This document shows, in pieces, positions 25,601 to 37,885 of a stretch of DNA of 64,000 nucleotides (position 1 is the first letter of the stretch; every line of letters begins with the position of its first letter). The stretch comes from Octopus bimaculoides (lineage: Eukaryota). Location of the stretch: positions 93,620,608-93,684,607 of the forward strand of contig NC_068989.1 in NCBI RefSeq assembly GCF_001194135.2, read 5' to 3'. The notes beneath the pieces are model-generated. The model was not told the origin of the DNA. It did no database searches and saw only the letters and a list, made by a program, of their open reading frames with translations. Both the position numbers and the translations under genes were made by a program.

Positions 25601-26539
25601 NNNNNNNNNNNNNNNNNNNNNNNNNNNNNNNNNNNNNNNNNNNNNNNNNNNNNNNNNNNNNNNNNNNNNNNNNNNNNNNNNNNNNNNNNNNNNNNNNNNN
25701 NNNNNNNNNNNNNNNNNNNNNNNNNNNNNNNNNNNNNNNNNNNNNNNNNNNNNNNNNNNNNNNNNNNNNNNNNNNNNNNNNNNNNNNNNNNNNNNNNNNN
25801 NNNNNNNNNNNNNNNNNNNNNNNNNNNNNNNNNNNNNNNNNNNNNNNNNNNNNNNNNNNNNNNNNNNNNNNNNNNNNNNNNNNNNNNNNNNNNNNNNNNN
25901 NNNNNNNNNNNNNNNNNNNNNNNNNNNNNNNNNNNNNNNNNNNNNNNNNNNNNNNNNNNNNNNNNNNNNNNNNNNNNNNNNNNNNNNNNNNNNNNNNNNN
26001 NNNNNNNNNNNNNNNNNNNNNNNNNNNNNNNNNNNNNNNNNNNNNNNNNNNNNNNNNNNNNNNNNNNNNNNNNNNNNNNNNNNNNNNNNNNNNNNNNNNN
26101 NNNNNNNNNNNNNNNNNNNNNNNNNNNNNNNNNNNNNNNNNNNNNNNNNNNNNNNNNNNNNNNNNNNNNNNNNNNNNNNNNNNNNNNNNNNNNNNNNNNN
26201 NNNNNNNNNNNNNNNNNNNNNNNNNNNNNNNNNNNNNNNNNNNNNNNNNNNNNNNNNNNNNNNNNNNNNNNNNNNNNNNNNNNNNNNNNNNNNNNNNNNN
26301 NNNNNNNNNNNNNNNNNNNNNNNNNNNNNNNNNNNNNNNNNNNNNNNNNNNNNNNNNNNNNNNNNNNNNNNNNNNNNNNNNNNNNNNNNNNNNNNNNNNN
26401 NNNNNNNNNNNNNNNNNNNNNNNNNNNNNNNNNNNNNNNNNNNNNNNNNNNNNNNNNNNNNNNNNNNNNNNNNNNNNNNNNNNNNNNNNNNNNNNNNNNN
26501 NNNNNNNNNNNNNNNNNNNNNNNNNNNNNNNNNNNNNNN

Positions 26540-26662
26540 GTCCCGAAAGGATGAAAGGCAAAGTCGATCTCGGCGGAATTTGAACTCAGAACGTAGCGGC
26601 AGACGAAATACCGCTAAGCATTTCGCCCGGCGTCGCTAACGTTTCTGCCAGCTCGCCGCCTT
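26540..26662 (-). mobile_element. SINE family A 5' part, adjoining the Tc1 transposase remnant
   Basis: Near-consensus head in reverse, directly followed by transposase codons. Confidence 0.9.
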
Positions 26663-27380
26663 CAGTTAGTCCAAGAACGTGTGTTACATATCTGCATAAG
26701 CTTGGGTATTATGGACGAGCAGCTAGACGAAAGCATCTCCTTCAACCAATTAATATCATGAAAAGAAAGAAATGGGCTAAGGAGATGTCAGAAAAATCCA
26801 ATTCATTTTGGTATAGAGTGATTTTCTCGATGAATCTAGATTTGCATTATTTTCAGACATTGGACGTGTTTGGGTTTGGAGGCTTTCCAATCAAGAATTT
26901 GATTTGAAACAACTCCAACCAACTGTGAAACATGGCGGTATCTCTGTAATGGTATGGGGAGCTGTCACCAGCAATGGTCGTTCTGAGCTGATCGAATATG
27001 TTGGAACCATAAACTCTGAAAAAGACATCGAAATACTTAAGCAAGGACTACAGCGAAAAATGAGTTTTTTATTCATGGAAGATGGGTCTCCATGCCACAC
27101 AGCGAAAAGGAATCAACAACGGCTGACTGAAAATGGGATCAAAAAGCTTCCTTGGCCGCGCCACTCTCCTGACATGAACCCAATTGAAAATCTTTGGAGC
27201 ATACTAGATAGAGCTATACGTAAAACTCGACAGAAACCTAAATATAAAGATGAATTGTTTCGATTGTTGCGTGAAAAGTGGGCAGAAATTCCACAAGGGA
27301 CAATCACAAGGCTCATCAGTTCAATGCCAAAAAAAATTTCTGAATTAAAAACTGCAAAGGGAATGTCATCTAAATACTAA
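26663..27380 (+). pseudogene. Tc1-family (DD34E) transposase, N-terminally interrupted, one frameshift
   Basis: VSPRTCVTYLHKLG...RKHLL...FWYRVIFS / DESRF...TVKHGGISVMVWGA...FMEDGSPCH...WPRHSPDMNPIENLW. 34 residues between the second D and the E. Single-base frameshift near 26828; frame open 26829-27380. Confidence 0.93.
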
Positions 27381-27455
27381 AGTATGTAGTCCTACCTATC
27401 GATTACATTTAAAATGTTCGCTTTGCGTATTAAATAAAAGATTTTGAAAATTAAA

Positions 27456-27478
27456 GGTGTCTATTTACTTCCTGTATG

Positions 27479-27482
<4 letters not shown>
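27456..27482 (-). repeat. Right terminal inverted repeat of the Tc1 element (CAGACATACAGGAAGTAAATAGACACC), followed by TA
   Basis: CAG start typical of Tc1/mariner TIRs, about 75 bp after the stop codon, followed by TA/(TA)n. The left TIR was not found. Confidence 0.65.
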
Positions 27483-27565
<83 letters not shown>

Positions 27566-27624
27566 GTGTGATATAATCAAAACAGCTTTACATCAAATTG
27601 AACAATTTTGTAGAGTACAGTTTA

Positions 27625-27757
27625 TCAATCTTTCAGAAGAATAGAAGTGAGAATAATTTCGAAGTTTCGGCGAGCTAAGCCATCATCTGACCGTCCGATG
27701 ACGACTTAACTGACCGAAACTTTAAAGTCATTGTCAATACTATTCTTGTTAAAGAAT
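27625..27757. mobile_element. Imperfect palindrome of two back-to-back Penelope-like terminal repeats with HHR-like cores
   Basis: Arms centred on GAC-C-GTC at 27692. Plus: CCGATGA...GAAA-CTTTAAAG-TC. Minus: CAGATGA...GAAA-CTTCGAAA-TT. Homologous to 37886-37955. Confidence 0.7.
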
Positions 27758-28978
27758 ATGTATATATAAAATTATATATACATGTATGTATGTATATATA
27801 TACACTCACAATCGTATCTACATAAAGTGAAAGTATTTGTATTGTTATTTTTGCTGGTCTCTGATAAACAAACAACCAATCTTATTTATTCGCCCCCATC
27901 TTGAAAGATGATTCGTTTTTAAACATATATTTCTATTTGTAAATATGTGCTGGAACTATTCGCTGTCAGTTGCTTTATCATCGTGTTTATTCAATGTTCA
28001 CTGTCATTTAACATCTTCTGTTATCTCTCTCCCTGTATTTTTTTTTAACGAGGAACACTGGGTAATATTTCTTGTGAATGACAATTTTTGTGAACGTATA
28101 TCTTTCTGTCGAAGAGAAAAAAACACATAAAGATATCAAATATAAAAGACACAAAAAGCGTAGCTTTCGGTTGCTTCCGCTTTGCTGCTGGTGTAAATTC
28201 GAGAATTCTATATGAAGTAGGATGGCTTCTGTTATTTTCCGATAGATTTTGTTTCTTTCTAAATATATAATGCGTTTATTCCTCTGCATCTTCTTCAGGG
28301 TTTTCACTTTTAGTTTTTCATTTATGTATGTGCTTATGTATTTCACTTAGTGTGTACATGTGTATGTGTATTTGTATGTGTGTACGCGAATCAGTGATGT
28401 TTTACTCTAGAAGTGTGTTGTAAGCTTTGGCTTAAGCTTGAGCACGATTAAGAATTGATTGTGCGATGCATTAATTCACATACATTTAAGTGTGGACAAG
28501 TATGTGTGTTTTAAATACATGCAGAAGTATAAGTGTATGTGTTAAATGGAAAGTGAACGAGTGAAGATAATGCGGAACAGGAGATACAAAAAGGAGAAAT
28601 GAGAGGGAGGGTGAGAGGGAGAGAGACAAAGTGAGGGAAGGAGGGAGAAAAGGTGTGAAAGAGAGCGAGGGAGAGAAGGAAAGAGAGGAAGAGAATAGAA
28701 AGAGTTTCACTAAAATAAATCATCTTAAAGTTATGGTCTTGGAATTGGTAGCTAGCGATACATTTAAGAGGCACCAGATTGAATTTTTATAGAATATTTA
28801 GCGGGTTCAATGAAATCTTTGCATGCTTCTTAACTTAGCTTACCAACCACAGAATCGTAGTGGAAAATGGATTTTGAAAATTAAGATAAGAAACCTCAAT
28901 GTTGTATTGCATGTGCTCTGGTATTCTGCTACCTCTACAGTATGAAGCGTTAACACATTCATAGAAGAGGTCCTAGAG

Positions 28979-29160
28979 CAGTGGTTTTCAACTAGGGTCC
29001 ACATAACCCATGGCCGTCCATAGAGGATTTGGATTTTGTTATTAAAATTTATCTGTAATAAATTGGTTATATTTCTACAATACACCAAACATTATAATAA
29101 TTTTATTTTATGCAATTCCGAATATTATTTAATCACAAAAATACAGTTAGGTTTATTGTA
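28979..29160 (+). mobile_element. hAT-type non-autonomous element, left end only
   Basis: Begins CAGTGGTTTTCAAC (typical hAT/Charlie terminus) after TCCTAGAG. No right TIR found. Confidence 0.45.
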
Positions 29161-29997
29161 ACATCGAATGGCTATGTGATGGATAATGGGAATAAAACGA
29201 ATCAGCCCTCCTTCCGAAATAGAGAAAACATAGAGGTCCAAACAAACCAAACAAATTAGTAAACAGATACAAAACACAGTGCTGTAACTGTATGGAATAG
29301 GAAAAGAAGAAATACTCTACCGGAAGCATTTGGACTTTCTTCTGATTACCAGTTTTGGAAACACTGAAAATAAAATAAAACAGAAGCATTCTGAGTGATT
29401 CCCAGTCTCCTTTAACTGTTCAATTAATTAAAAACAATTTGTCTGTTAATCTATATTTTATGGTTTTTGTCAAGGCAAGGAAGATGTACCTGTACTCTTA
29501 ACCCTCAGGCTCTGAGGTTGAAGAGATCGATGTGATTGATGAATTTGGTACAGTTACTTGGAGGGGTCCCAAACCATTGCACAAAGGCTAACCACAAATT
29601 TGTTTTCCGTCAACAAATCATCCTACATGCGCGACACATCGTGCTGTCATTACCTTCTCATCCATTGACCGTCCTGGATTCTTCTGCTTTTTCCGCCATT
29701 TCAGTATTTGTTCACTCAGTAGGCGATGCCTTTCCTGCAGCAATGCTTCCGAGATTTCTGACACCTTCTGCTTAGTTTTATGCAGAAGCCTAAGCAAGGC
29801 AGCATCGCGTGGCTATCAGTATACACTACTAGCTTCTGGGAGCCATAAGTGAGAGCTATGAGGCAATCGGAGCCCAATGCTCCCGACCATGTCTGAATAT
29901 GCACGCTTGAAACGTTGACAGGGGTATAACCCCTTACGCTCTAAACAAAACACCACGTCGCTCAGTTTAATTAACTGAAATTAGAGAGATTTTTGCA

Positions 29998-30128
29998 AAA
30001 TTTATCGACCCCGAAAGGATGAAAGGCAAAGTCGACCACAGCGGAATTTGAACTCAGAACATAGCGGCAGACGAAATACCGCTAAGCATTTCGCTTGGTG
30101 TGTTAACGACTCTGCCAGCTCGCCGCCT
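29998..30128 (-). mobile_element. SINE family A, 5' part
   Basis: Reverse-complement match to the family A head. Confidence 0.88.
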
Positions 30129-30589
30129 TAAAGGAAGTAACAATAATGGTGATTGTGACTGTTAATGACCATTTCTATTACTTTTATAATATTGTAAGTT
30201 AAAGGTCACAAATCACGATTGATTCTTGTAGAGGAAAAAATACTGAAAGGGTTTTGGAAGATAGGGGATAATTTCGGTGTACACTTTTGAAAGTAATCGA
30301 AGGTATCGGGGAGGCGAAAGTATGTTTGCATTTGATGCGAATGTATGTATATGGTGGTGAGGCAGATGGCTATAAAGATTTTGTGATTGTGTGCAATGCG
30401 TATTGAACTGAGAATCGGGTAACACTGCTTACTGTACGATTAGGTTTAGGGCTTGGCGGAAAGAAAATTCTACAAATTTGGAACTTTGCGCTTCCATACA
30501 CATCAAAATAGAGAGAAAATGATGTGTAAAGAATAGTAAATTGTCTGAATGAGCCCAATGTATGGTAACGTGATTATTGTTTATTGTTG

Positions 30590-30965
30590 CACAGGCGTGG
30601 CTGTATAGTAAGAAGTTTGCTTCCAAATCACATGGTTCCGGGTTCAGTCTTACTGTGTAGCATTTTGGGCAAGTGTCTTCTGCTACAACCTCAGGTCGAA
30701 AGAAGCCTTGTGAGTGGATTTGGTTGACGGAAAATGAAAGAAGCCCGTCGTATACACCCCCCACACACTCATATACATGTATATACATACATCTATGTGA
30801 GTGTGTTTGCGTCTGCGTTTGTCCTCCACCACCGCTGGATAATCTGTGTTGGTTTGTATACTTCCCGTAAGTTAGCGGTTCGGCAAAAGAGACTGGTAGG
30901 ATAAGTACCAGACTTAAAAATAACAGTTACTGGGTTTGAATGATTCGACTACAGAACTATTCAAA
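30590..30965 (+). mobile_element. SINE family B, near full length
   Basis: CAGGCGTGGCTGTATAGT...GGTTCAGTC...TTGGGCAAGTGTCTT, internal CA/TG tract, AGTTAGCGGTTCGGCAAAAG. Confidence 0.85.
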
Positions 30966-32142
30966 GAAAGGTACAAAGATAGTCAACCCAGGTGAGATCT
31001 GGCCCAAAGACATACGGAATTCATTCCGATGCTCTCCTGCACATCTTCTGCTTCCATTAAAAAACCATGCAAGCCATCGTAATTACTACACATAATATCT
31101 AGGCGAATATGTACCTCTACAAAAACTGGTTGTACGACTAGGTAGAACTAGTCATATTTCCCCCTCATCATACCTAAGCGCAGTTTGAGAGATAAGGTAG
31201 CTTAATGGCTCTGTCATGAACAAAGATGTATTTTGATTTCTTCGTTGTAGTCATATGTGTCTTCATGCAGCATGCGAAAGCCATTCTTCTGATTTTTTTT
31301 TTTTCAAAAAATTTTAGTTACCCGTGAACTCGTTCTTGAATGAGGGTTTATGAGCATTAGTCGTGGGTGGAATGCAAAAGATTTTCCTTTTACGTTTCAC
31401 ATACTGTTGTTTTCTATCAGCAGCACGTGTAAATCGGTTTGGTATTTCTTTAATATGCATTACAATTTATTAATTATTTGTTAAAATAATATGGTTTAAT
31501 CCCTCCCAAACCATATTGAAACATTCTCATAACGAAGTGTTAAGAAGGAAATATTATAAACACTTGTAGATATTTTATTGCAAATTTCTTTTGTCATAAA
31601 ACAGGAAGCCATATAGAATAGATTCGTATCTGTTGCCATGGCATGAAGGAAAAGAATTGTTTCTAATATATGGGAAAATAATGCAATGAATATTTTCAAC
31701 GCTAAACCTGCTCTAGAAACACTATTTAACTAAAACATTTGCATTTCATCCATGCGTTTGTGAGTTCAAATTTCACAAGGGACGACTCTGGCTTTCAGGT
31801 GAAATGATGCAAACCGAATAAATCTTAATGATGAATAGTAGTCAGTTCGTTAGAATATAATCCCTGACTTTTTACCGACATAAAATCAATACTTTAAGAG
31901 TGAAGGACACTGAATAAGCATAAATTGTTACACCATATCACTAAATGTTTGACAATATTTACTTCATCCTTGTGCGCAGAGACGTAAAAATAAAATAAGT
32001 TTGACTTGGTTTATATTCCCTTTCGGTTTGAGACAGTATGTATTACACTAATACGCATAACACTTTAATCCCTTGTGCATCAGCAAGAAATCAATACCAG
32101 CTATGTGATCTTCTTGTCTTATAGAGAAGAAAATGCACTTTA

Positions 32143-32191
<49 letters not shown>

Positions 32192-33026
32192 NNNNNNNNN
32201 NNNNNNNNNNNNNNNNNNNNNNNNNNNNNNNNNNNNNNNNNNNNNNNNNNNNNNNNNNNNNNNNNNNNNNNNNNNNNNNNNNNNNNNNNNNNNNNNNNNN
32301 NNNNNNNNNNNNNNNNNNNNNNNNNNNNNNNNNNNNNNNNNNNNNNNNNNNNNNNNNNNNNNNNNNNNNNNNNNNNNNNNNNNNNNNNNNNNNNNNNNNN
32401 NNNNNNNNNNNNNNNNNNNNNNNNNNNNNNNNNNNNNNNNNNNNNNNNNNNNNNNNNNNNNNNNNNNNNNNNNNNNNNNNNNNNNNNNNNNNNNNNNNNN
32501 NNNNNNNNNNNNNNNNNNNNNNNNNNNNNNNNNNNNNNNNNNNNNNNNNNNNNNNNNNNNNNNNNNNNNNNNNNNNNNNNNNNNNNNNNNNNNNNNNNNN
32601 NNNNNNNNNNNNNNNNNNNNNNNNNNNNNNNNNNNNNNNNNNNNNNNNNNNNNNNNNNNNNNNNNNNNNNNNNNNNNNNNNNNNNNNNNNNNNNNNNNNN
32701 NNNNNNNNNNNNNNNNNNNNNNNNNNNNNNNNNNNNNNNNNNNNNNNNNNNNNNNNNNNNNNNNNNNNNNNNNNNNNNNNNNNNNNNNNNNNNNNNNNNN
32801 NNNNNNNNNNNNNNNNNNNNNNNNNNNNNNNNNNNNNNNNNNNNNNNNNNNNNNNNNNNNNNNNNNNNNNNNNNNNNNNNNNNNNNNNNNNNNNNNNNNN
32901 NNNNNNNNNNNNNNNNNNNNNNNNNNNNNNNNNNNNNNNNNNNNNNNNNNNNNNNNNNNNNNNNNNNNNNNNNNNNNNNNNNNNNNNNNNNNNNNNNNNN
33001 NNNNNNNNNNNNNNNNNNNNNNNNNN

Positions 33027-33078
<52 letters not shown>

Positions 33079-33894
33079 CTAATTTAGAGACGACCACCAT
33101 TCCACAACTTAGTCAGGGAAGAACCCGTCCAAAACTATGCTGTGAGACACATACCATAAAAAATACTAATCTGCAATTTTGATAATATATGATATTGAAC
33201 AGTAAGATTATTACAATCATATAATATATAAGAGCAGATACTTATACTTCAGAAGGCGGGATATAATAATAATAGTATTAAATTTGACCTGAGGAGTGAC
33301 TGCTTTTGGGAGTAAAATCATTTTACCGTTCTAATGAACGTGGCTATGGTTTTCTTATATGATTTTATATAGTCCTAATTCAGTCATGAAACACGCGTAC
33401 TCGATCTACAAGTACTTACTATTATACATTATATTATTGTATTAATTTTTATTGTTCAATTTATATTTTATTTGATTTTTAGATTAATATTTTTACGATG
33501 AATGTTTCTTTGTATGGTATTCGCGGTGATTTTAAAAGTATTTGCTCTTATATATTATATATCATATCATTAAAGATATCTTTTAAAGTATATGAAATAG
33601 AACCAGCGAGTTAGAACATCCTTTGCCTCTCTACGCTCTGAAACAAATGCCTGTAAAGAAAATTCCTGTGATTACACGTATGATTTCATGTCACATGTTT
33701 GTAGGTTATAACGGTCATACAATGGAGTAGAGATGAGGCTTTAGAACAAGAGAGGAGGATACACGAACGATTAAGACCATAATTGTTAAGCGTAACTTAT
33801 AAAAAAACATTCAGCTTGGAAAAGATGTGAATTATGAAATATTCTTGTTTACACACAAGTTGATTAGTTCAGATTTTCATATATGTAAGGGGAA

Positions 33895-34050
33895 GCCGGA
33901 CGAAATACTTAGCGGCATTTCGTCCGGCTTTATTTTCTGAATTCAAATTTCGCGGAGATTGCCTTTCATCCTTTCGAGGTCGAAAGTATATGTACCAGTT
34001 GAGTACCCTTACTCGAAATTGCCGGCCTTGTGCCGAAATTTGAAACCAAT
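33895..34050 (+). mobile_element. Degenerate SINE family A
   Basis: GCCGGACGAAATACTTAGCGG...TTCAAATTT...GCCTTTCATCCTTTCG...GGCCTTGTGCC. Confidence 0.7.
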
Positions 34051-35055
34051 ATAATAAGTAATTATTCTAATCAATGTTGTACACGTTTCAATGGATTTAT
34101 ACGTTTATGAAATAGTTATCATTTCTCCAGCAATTCAAGTTGAATACATGCCAAGAATGAATATATATATATGTAAACGTATAAGTGTGTGTATGTATAC
34201 ATATCAAGTGAGAGAGAGAGAGGAAGGGGATAGGGATAGGGGGAAATGGAGGCGAAAGGGCAGAGAGAGGGAAGGAAATAAAGAGTGGTGGGCAGATGGA
34301 ATAGATGCCAGTGCTTGCCTTGTACGCTATCTGTGCAACTTGTAGAGGTAGAGATAAAAGGCAAAGACGTCGTCGGCAGAAGCAAATGCGACATTGCATT
34401 CTAATCAACGATTTTAGAAGGCGTTCGTAGAGTGCAGGTGCTTGACATTTAAGCTACAACACAAGCGAAAACAATATAATTACGCTTACTTTCCATTGCC
34501 ACACGACACATATCAAGATGAAACTAAAATGAAGTGTAAAGGAGCCTAAATCTTCTGAATTGAAACCAAATTTATGATAACTACATTACTAATTCCGAAA
34601 GAATGAAAAAAATACTAATGACTCGAATAAGATCTGGAATCAGAACAGACGGAAACCTAAGTAAGTACTGTTTGCATTCATTCTGACGCCGTACTGCACT
34701 CAAGTTTCCATTAAAAAGTCTTCCTAATCAGTGGAATTGCTATACATCGCGTCTATATGGATAAGCACATCAACAAGGAAAGCGTTTTGAGAAATTTGAA
34801 ATGCCAGATGAAAAGAAATGTCCGAGAAGTTGGTAGAATCTACGAAAATGATAAAAAGTTGAGCGATATTAATAAAGATTTCAGAAGAAAGTGTCTGGGG
34901 GAAACTTTACTATCCAGGGTAAAGCTACAATAACGTAAAAGCGAAAAGGGAAAAAGTAAGAAATTGTCAAACACATGGTGCAGAGAAGGCAAAGAAATGG
35001 CAGACGGGGGTGACAGAGAACACACACGTACATACTTGTACACGCACACAGAGAT

Positions 35056-35286
35056 GGCGGCGAGCTGGCAGAAACGTTAGCACGCCGGGTGAAATGCTTA
35101 GCGGTATTTCTTCTGCCGCTACGTTCTGAGTTCAAATTCCGCCGAGGTCGACTTTGCCTTTCATCCTTTCGGGGTCGATTAAATAAGTATCAGTTACACA
35201 CTGGGGTCGGTATAATCGACTTAATCATTTGTCTGTCCTTGTTTGTCCCCTCTGTGTGTAGCCCCTTGTGGGTAGTAAAGAAATAA
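35056..35286 (+). mobile_element. SINE family A, long-tail type, near consensus
   Basis: Complete head, body and GCCCCTTGTGGG...AAAGAAATA tail. Confidence 0.92.
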
Positions 35287-35464
35287 CACAGATGCATTAT
35301 ATGTATTAATTTTATCTCATTCACACATATATAACACACACAAATATATACTCACACTTCCGTATAATTTTAAAATGATGTTTGAGCAAACGGAGATAAT
35401 CTCGATTTTATTGCACGTATCTCCAATGCCTACGATACACTAACCTCACTGTTTCTTGTCATAT

Positions 35465-35830
35465 TGTGGCACTCCATCGGTTACGACGACGAGGGTTCCA
35501 GTTGCTCCGATCAACGGAACAGCCTGCTTGTGAAATTAACGTGCAAGTGACTGAGCACACCTCAGACACGTGTACTCTTAACGTAGTTCTCGGGGAGATT
35601 CAGCGTGACACAGAGTGTGACAAAGCTGGCCCTTTGAAATACAGAAACAAAGAGTGGGAGGAAGTTGTGACAGAATACAGCAGGGTTCGCCCCCCCCCCA
35701 CTGCGGAGCCACGTTGATTTTTAGATGTTTTCGATCAAGAAACACTCACAACGCCCGGTCTGGGAATCGTTAACGCGATTGTGCGACCGCGAGTCCACTG
35801 CCCTAACCACTGGATCATTGCGCCTCCACT
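35465..35830 (-). mobile_element. SINE family C with tail type 3
   Basis: Head in reverse at 35740-35830; tail (CTGAATCTCCCCGAGAACTACG...TGATCGGAGCAACTGGAACCC) shared with 55820-56205. Confidence 0.8.
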
Positions 35831-36194
35831 CTTGTTATATAACAAGTAGCGTTTAGAGTATACGTTTGCCACAACGAACAGCATCAAGTAATGTTAAGTC
35901 TAATAAATTGATGAATAAAAAGCACGGTTTTCTTCACAACGTATATTCATTGCAAACATTTAAAAAGTCATAATTTAATAGTAATGTTTTGAAAATTAGT
36001 TTTCGTTTAATTATTTTATAGAAGCGACGTAAAATTTTAAGAAACTATAATTAGGTTCGATATTTGTAACTTTATTTTATATCATTCTCAGTGAGAAAAT
36101 TAGATTCCAGATATTCACCACAATATAAAGACAAACACCACTCCATCTACCTATCTATATTTCTATGTACCTATCTATCCAACCGTCTATGCTA

Positions 36195-36239
<45 letters not shown>

Positions 36240-36614
36240 TATACATATATATGTATACATATATATAAATAAATAAATATATATATATAAACATATATAT
36301 TTATATACATATATATACATGTATGTATGTATGTATGCATGTATGTATGTATGTGTGAGTGCGCGTACGTGCATTTGTGTCTAAATTAAATGATTCTACA
36401 AAATGTTTTGTGTCTTATTTCCATCTTTCATTTTGTTCCCTTCTCGCCACTTCTTTCGTTCTCTATTTCCGATGAAGAAATTATGTCCGAAATATTAACG
36501 TTGTTTTTATTTAACCGTACGTCAACAAAATACATTAATTTTAATCTTCTGTTCCTTGTTAATTTCGGTCTTTCCTTCTTTACTTTCACACAAACATTCA
36601 CAAAAACATACAGG

Positions 36615-36671
<57 letters not shown>

Positions 36672-37234
36672 TCGTGTATAGGTACATTCATTTTAAAGGC
36701 GTTTGCCGTTTGTGTATGTGTGTGGGGAGATATGAAAATGGAAAGGTGTGCGTGGAACAGAATAAAAAAAGAGAGATTGTATGCAGTAGCTAGTAAGCGG
36801 AATAAAATAACATAAAGAAAGGAAATGATACTTTATGTAAATAATAAAACATATTAAAGAAAGAAAAAGTAAATAAAATTACCAATAAAATAAAATCATT
36901 TCATGATAATTAATGGCCGTTAGCAATGTGTTGTCCTATTTCAAGTGCAATGTAGTGTCTTTAGTCTTACCATGCTACATCGAGTGCCATAGAATCTGTG
37001 TAGAGAATAAGGTTGAATAGCAATCTAAATATGTTTATTTAAGGTAAGAGATTTCTTCAGTTTTGAATCAATATTGTTCAGTATTATAGTATTATTGGTC
37101 ACGAGTTTCCAAATGAACAACCACTGGTTCTATATATTCATTACTGCAGAATTGAGAAAGGATTGTCTGTAACATAATGCAGAACAAATATATGAACGCT
37201 TTGGAAGAATAAAGGATATTTTAATTTTATTTCC

Positions 37235-37390
37235 GGGCGAAATCGTGGCTTTGTGGTAAGAAGCTTGCTTCTCAACCCCATGGTTCCGGGTTCAGTCCCA
37301 TTGCGTGGCACCTTGGCAAAGTGTCTCCTACTATAAACTTGAGACGGTGTGAATGGATTTGATAGATGAAAACTGAAAGAAACCCATGTG
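37235..37390 (+). mobile_element. SINE family B, 5' half
   Basis: GTGGTAAGAAGCTTGCT...GGTTCAGTCCCATTGCGTGGCACCTTGG. Confidence 0.85.
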
Positions 37391-37499
37391 TTCACTCTAT
37401 ATATTAACATTGTCTGATTTTCTCGTTTTATTATTTACAATTTTCACAATTTTACAATATTATAATGATAGGTTATTATATATTTATTTATTTATTGTG

Positions 37500-37605
37500 A
37501 TGAAACTAGTATTTCATGCGTTACGCAATCATCAGTTTTATGTAGTAGTAGTAGTAGTAGTAGTAGCAGTCGTGTTCCACAGTTGCCGAATATGGAACAC
37601 GACTG

Positions 37606-37651
<46 letters not shown>

Positions 37652-37694
37652 ATAAACCTGATGATTGCGTAACGCATGAAAGTACTAGTACCTC
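37500..37694. repeat. Long inverted repeat; each arm has (TAC)n plus an outward-facing HHR-like core
   Basis: Centre GCAGTCGTGTTCCA-13 nt-TGGAACACGACTGC. Plus: CTGATGA-TTGCGTAACGCAT-GAAA-GTACTAGTAC at 37658-37691. The same core is on the minus strand at 37535-37502. Confidence 0.85.
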
Positions 37695-37805
37695 TTGAAA
37701 TCGTTTTCTTTCTCGATGATTTATAAATTGGTCACTTCGTTCCTTTTTCTCTTCCTGGTCAAATTATATTCCACCCAACTATAATATCAACCATCGATAT
37801 ATGTA

Positions 37806-37864
<59 letters not shown>

Positions 37865-37885
37865 ATATATATATATATATATATA

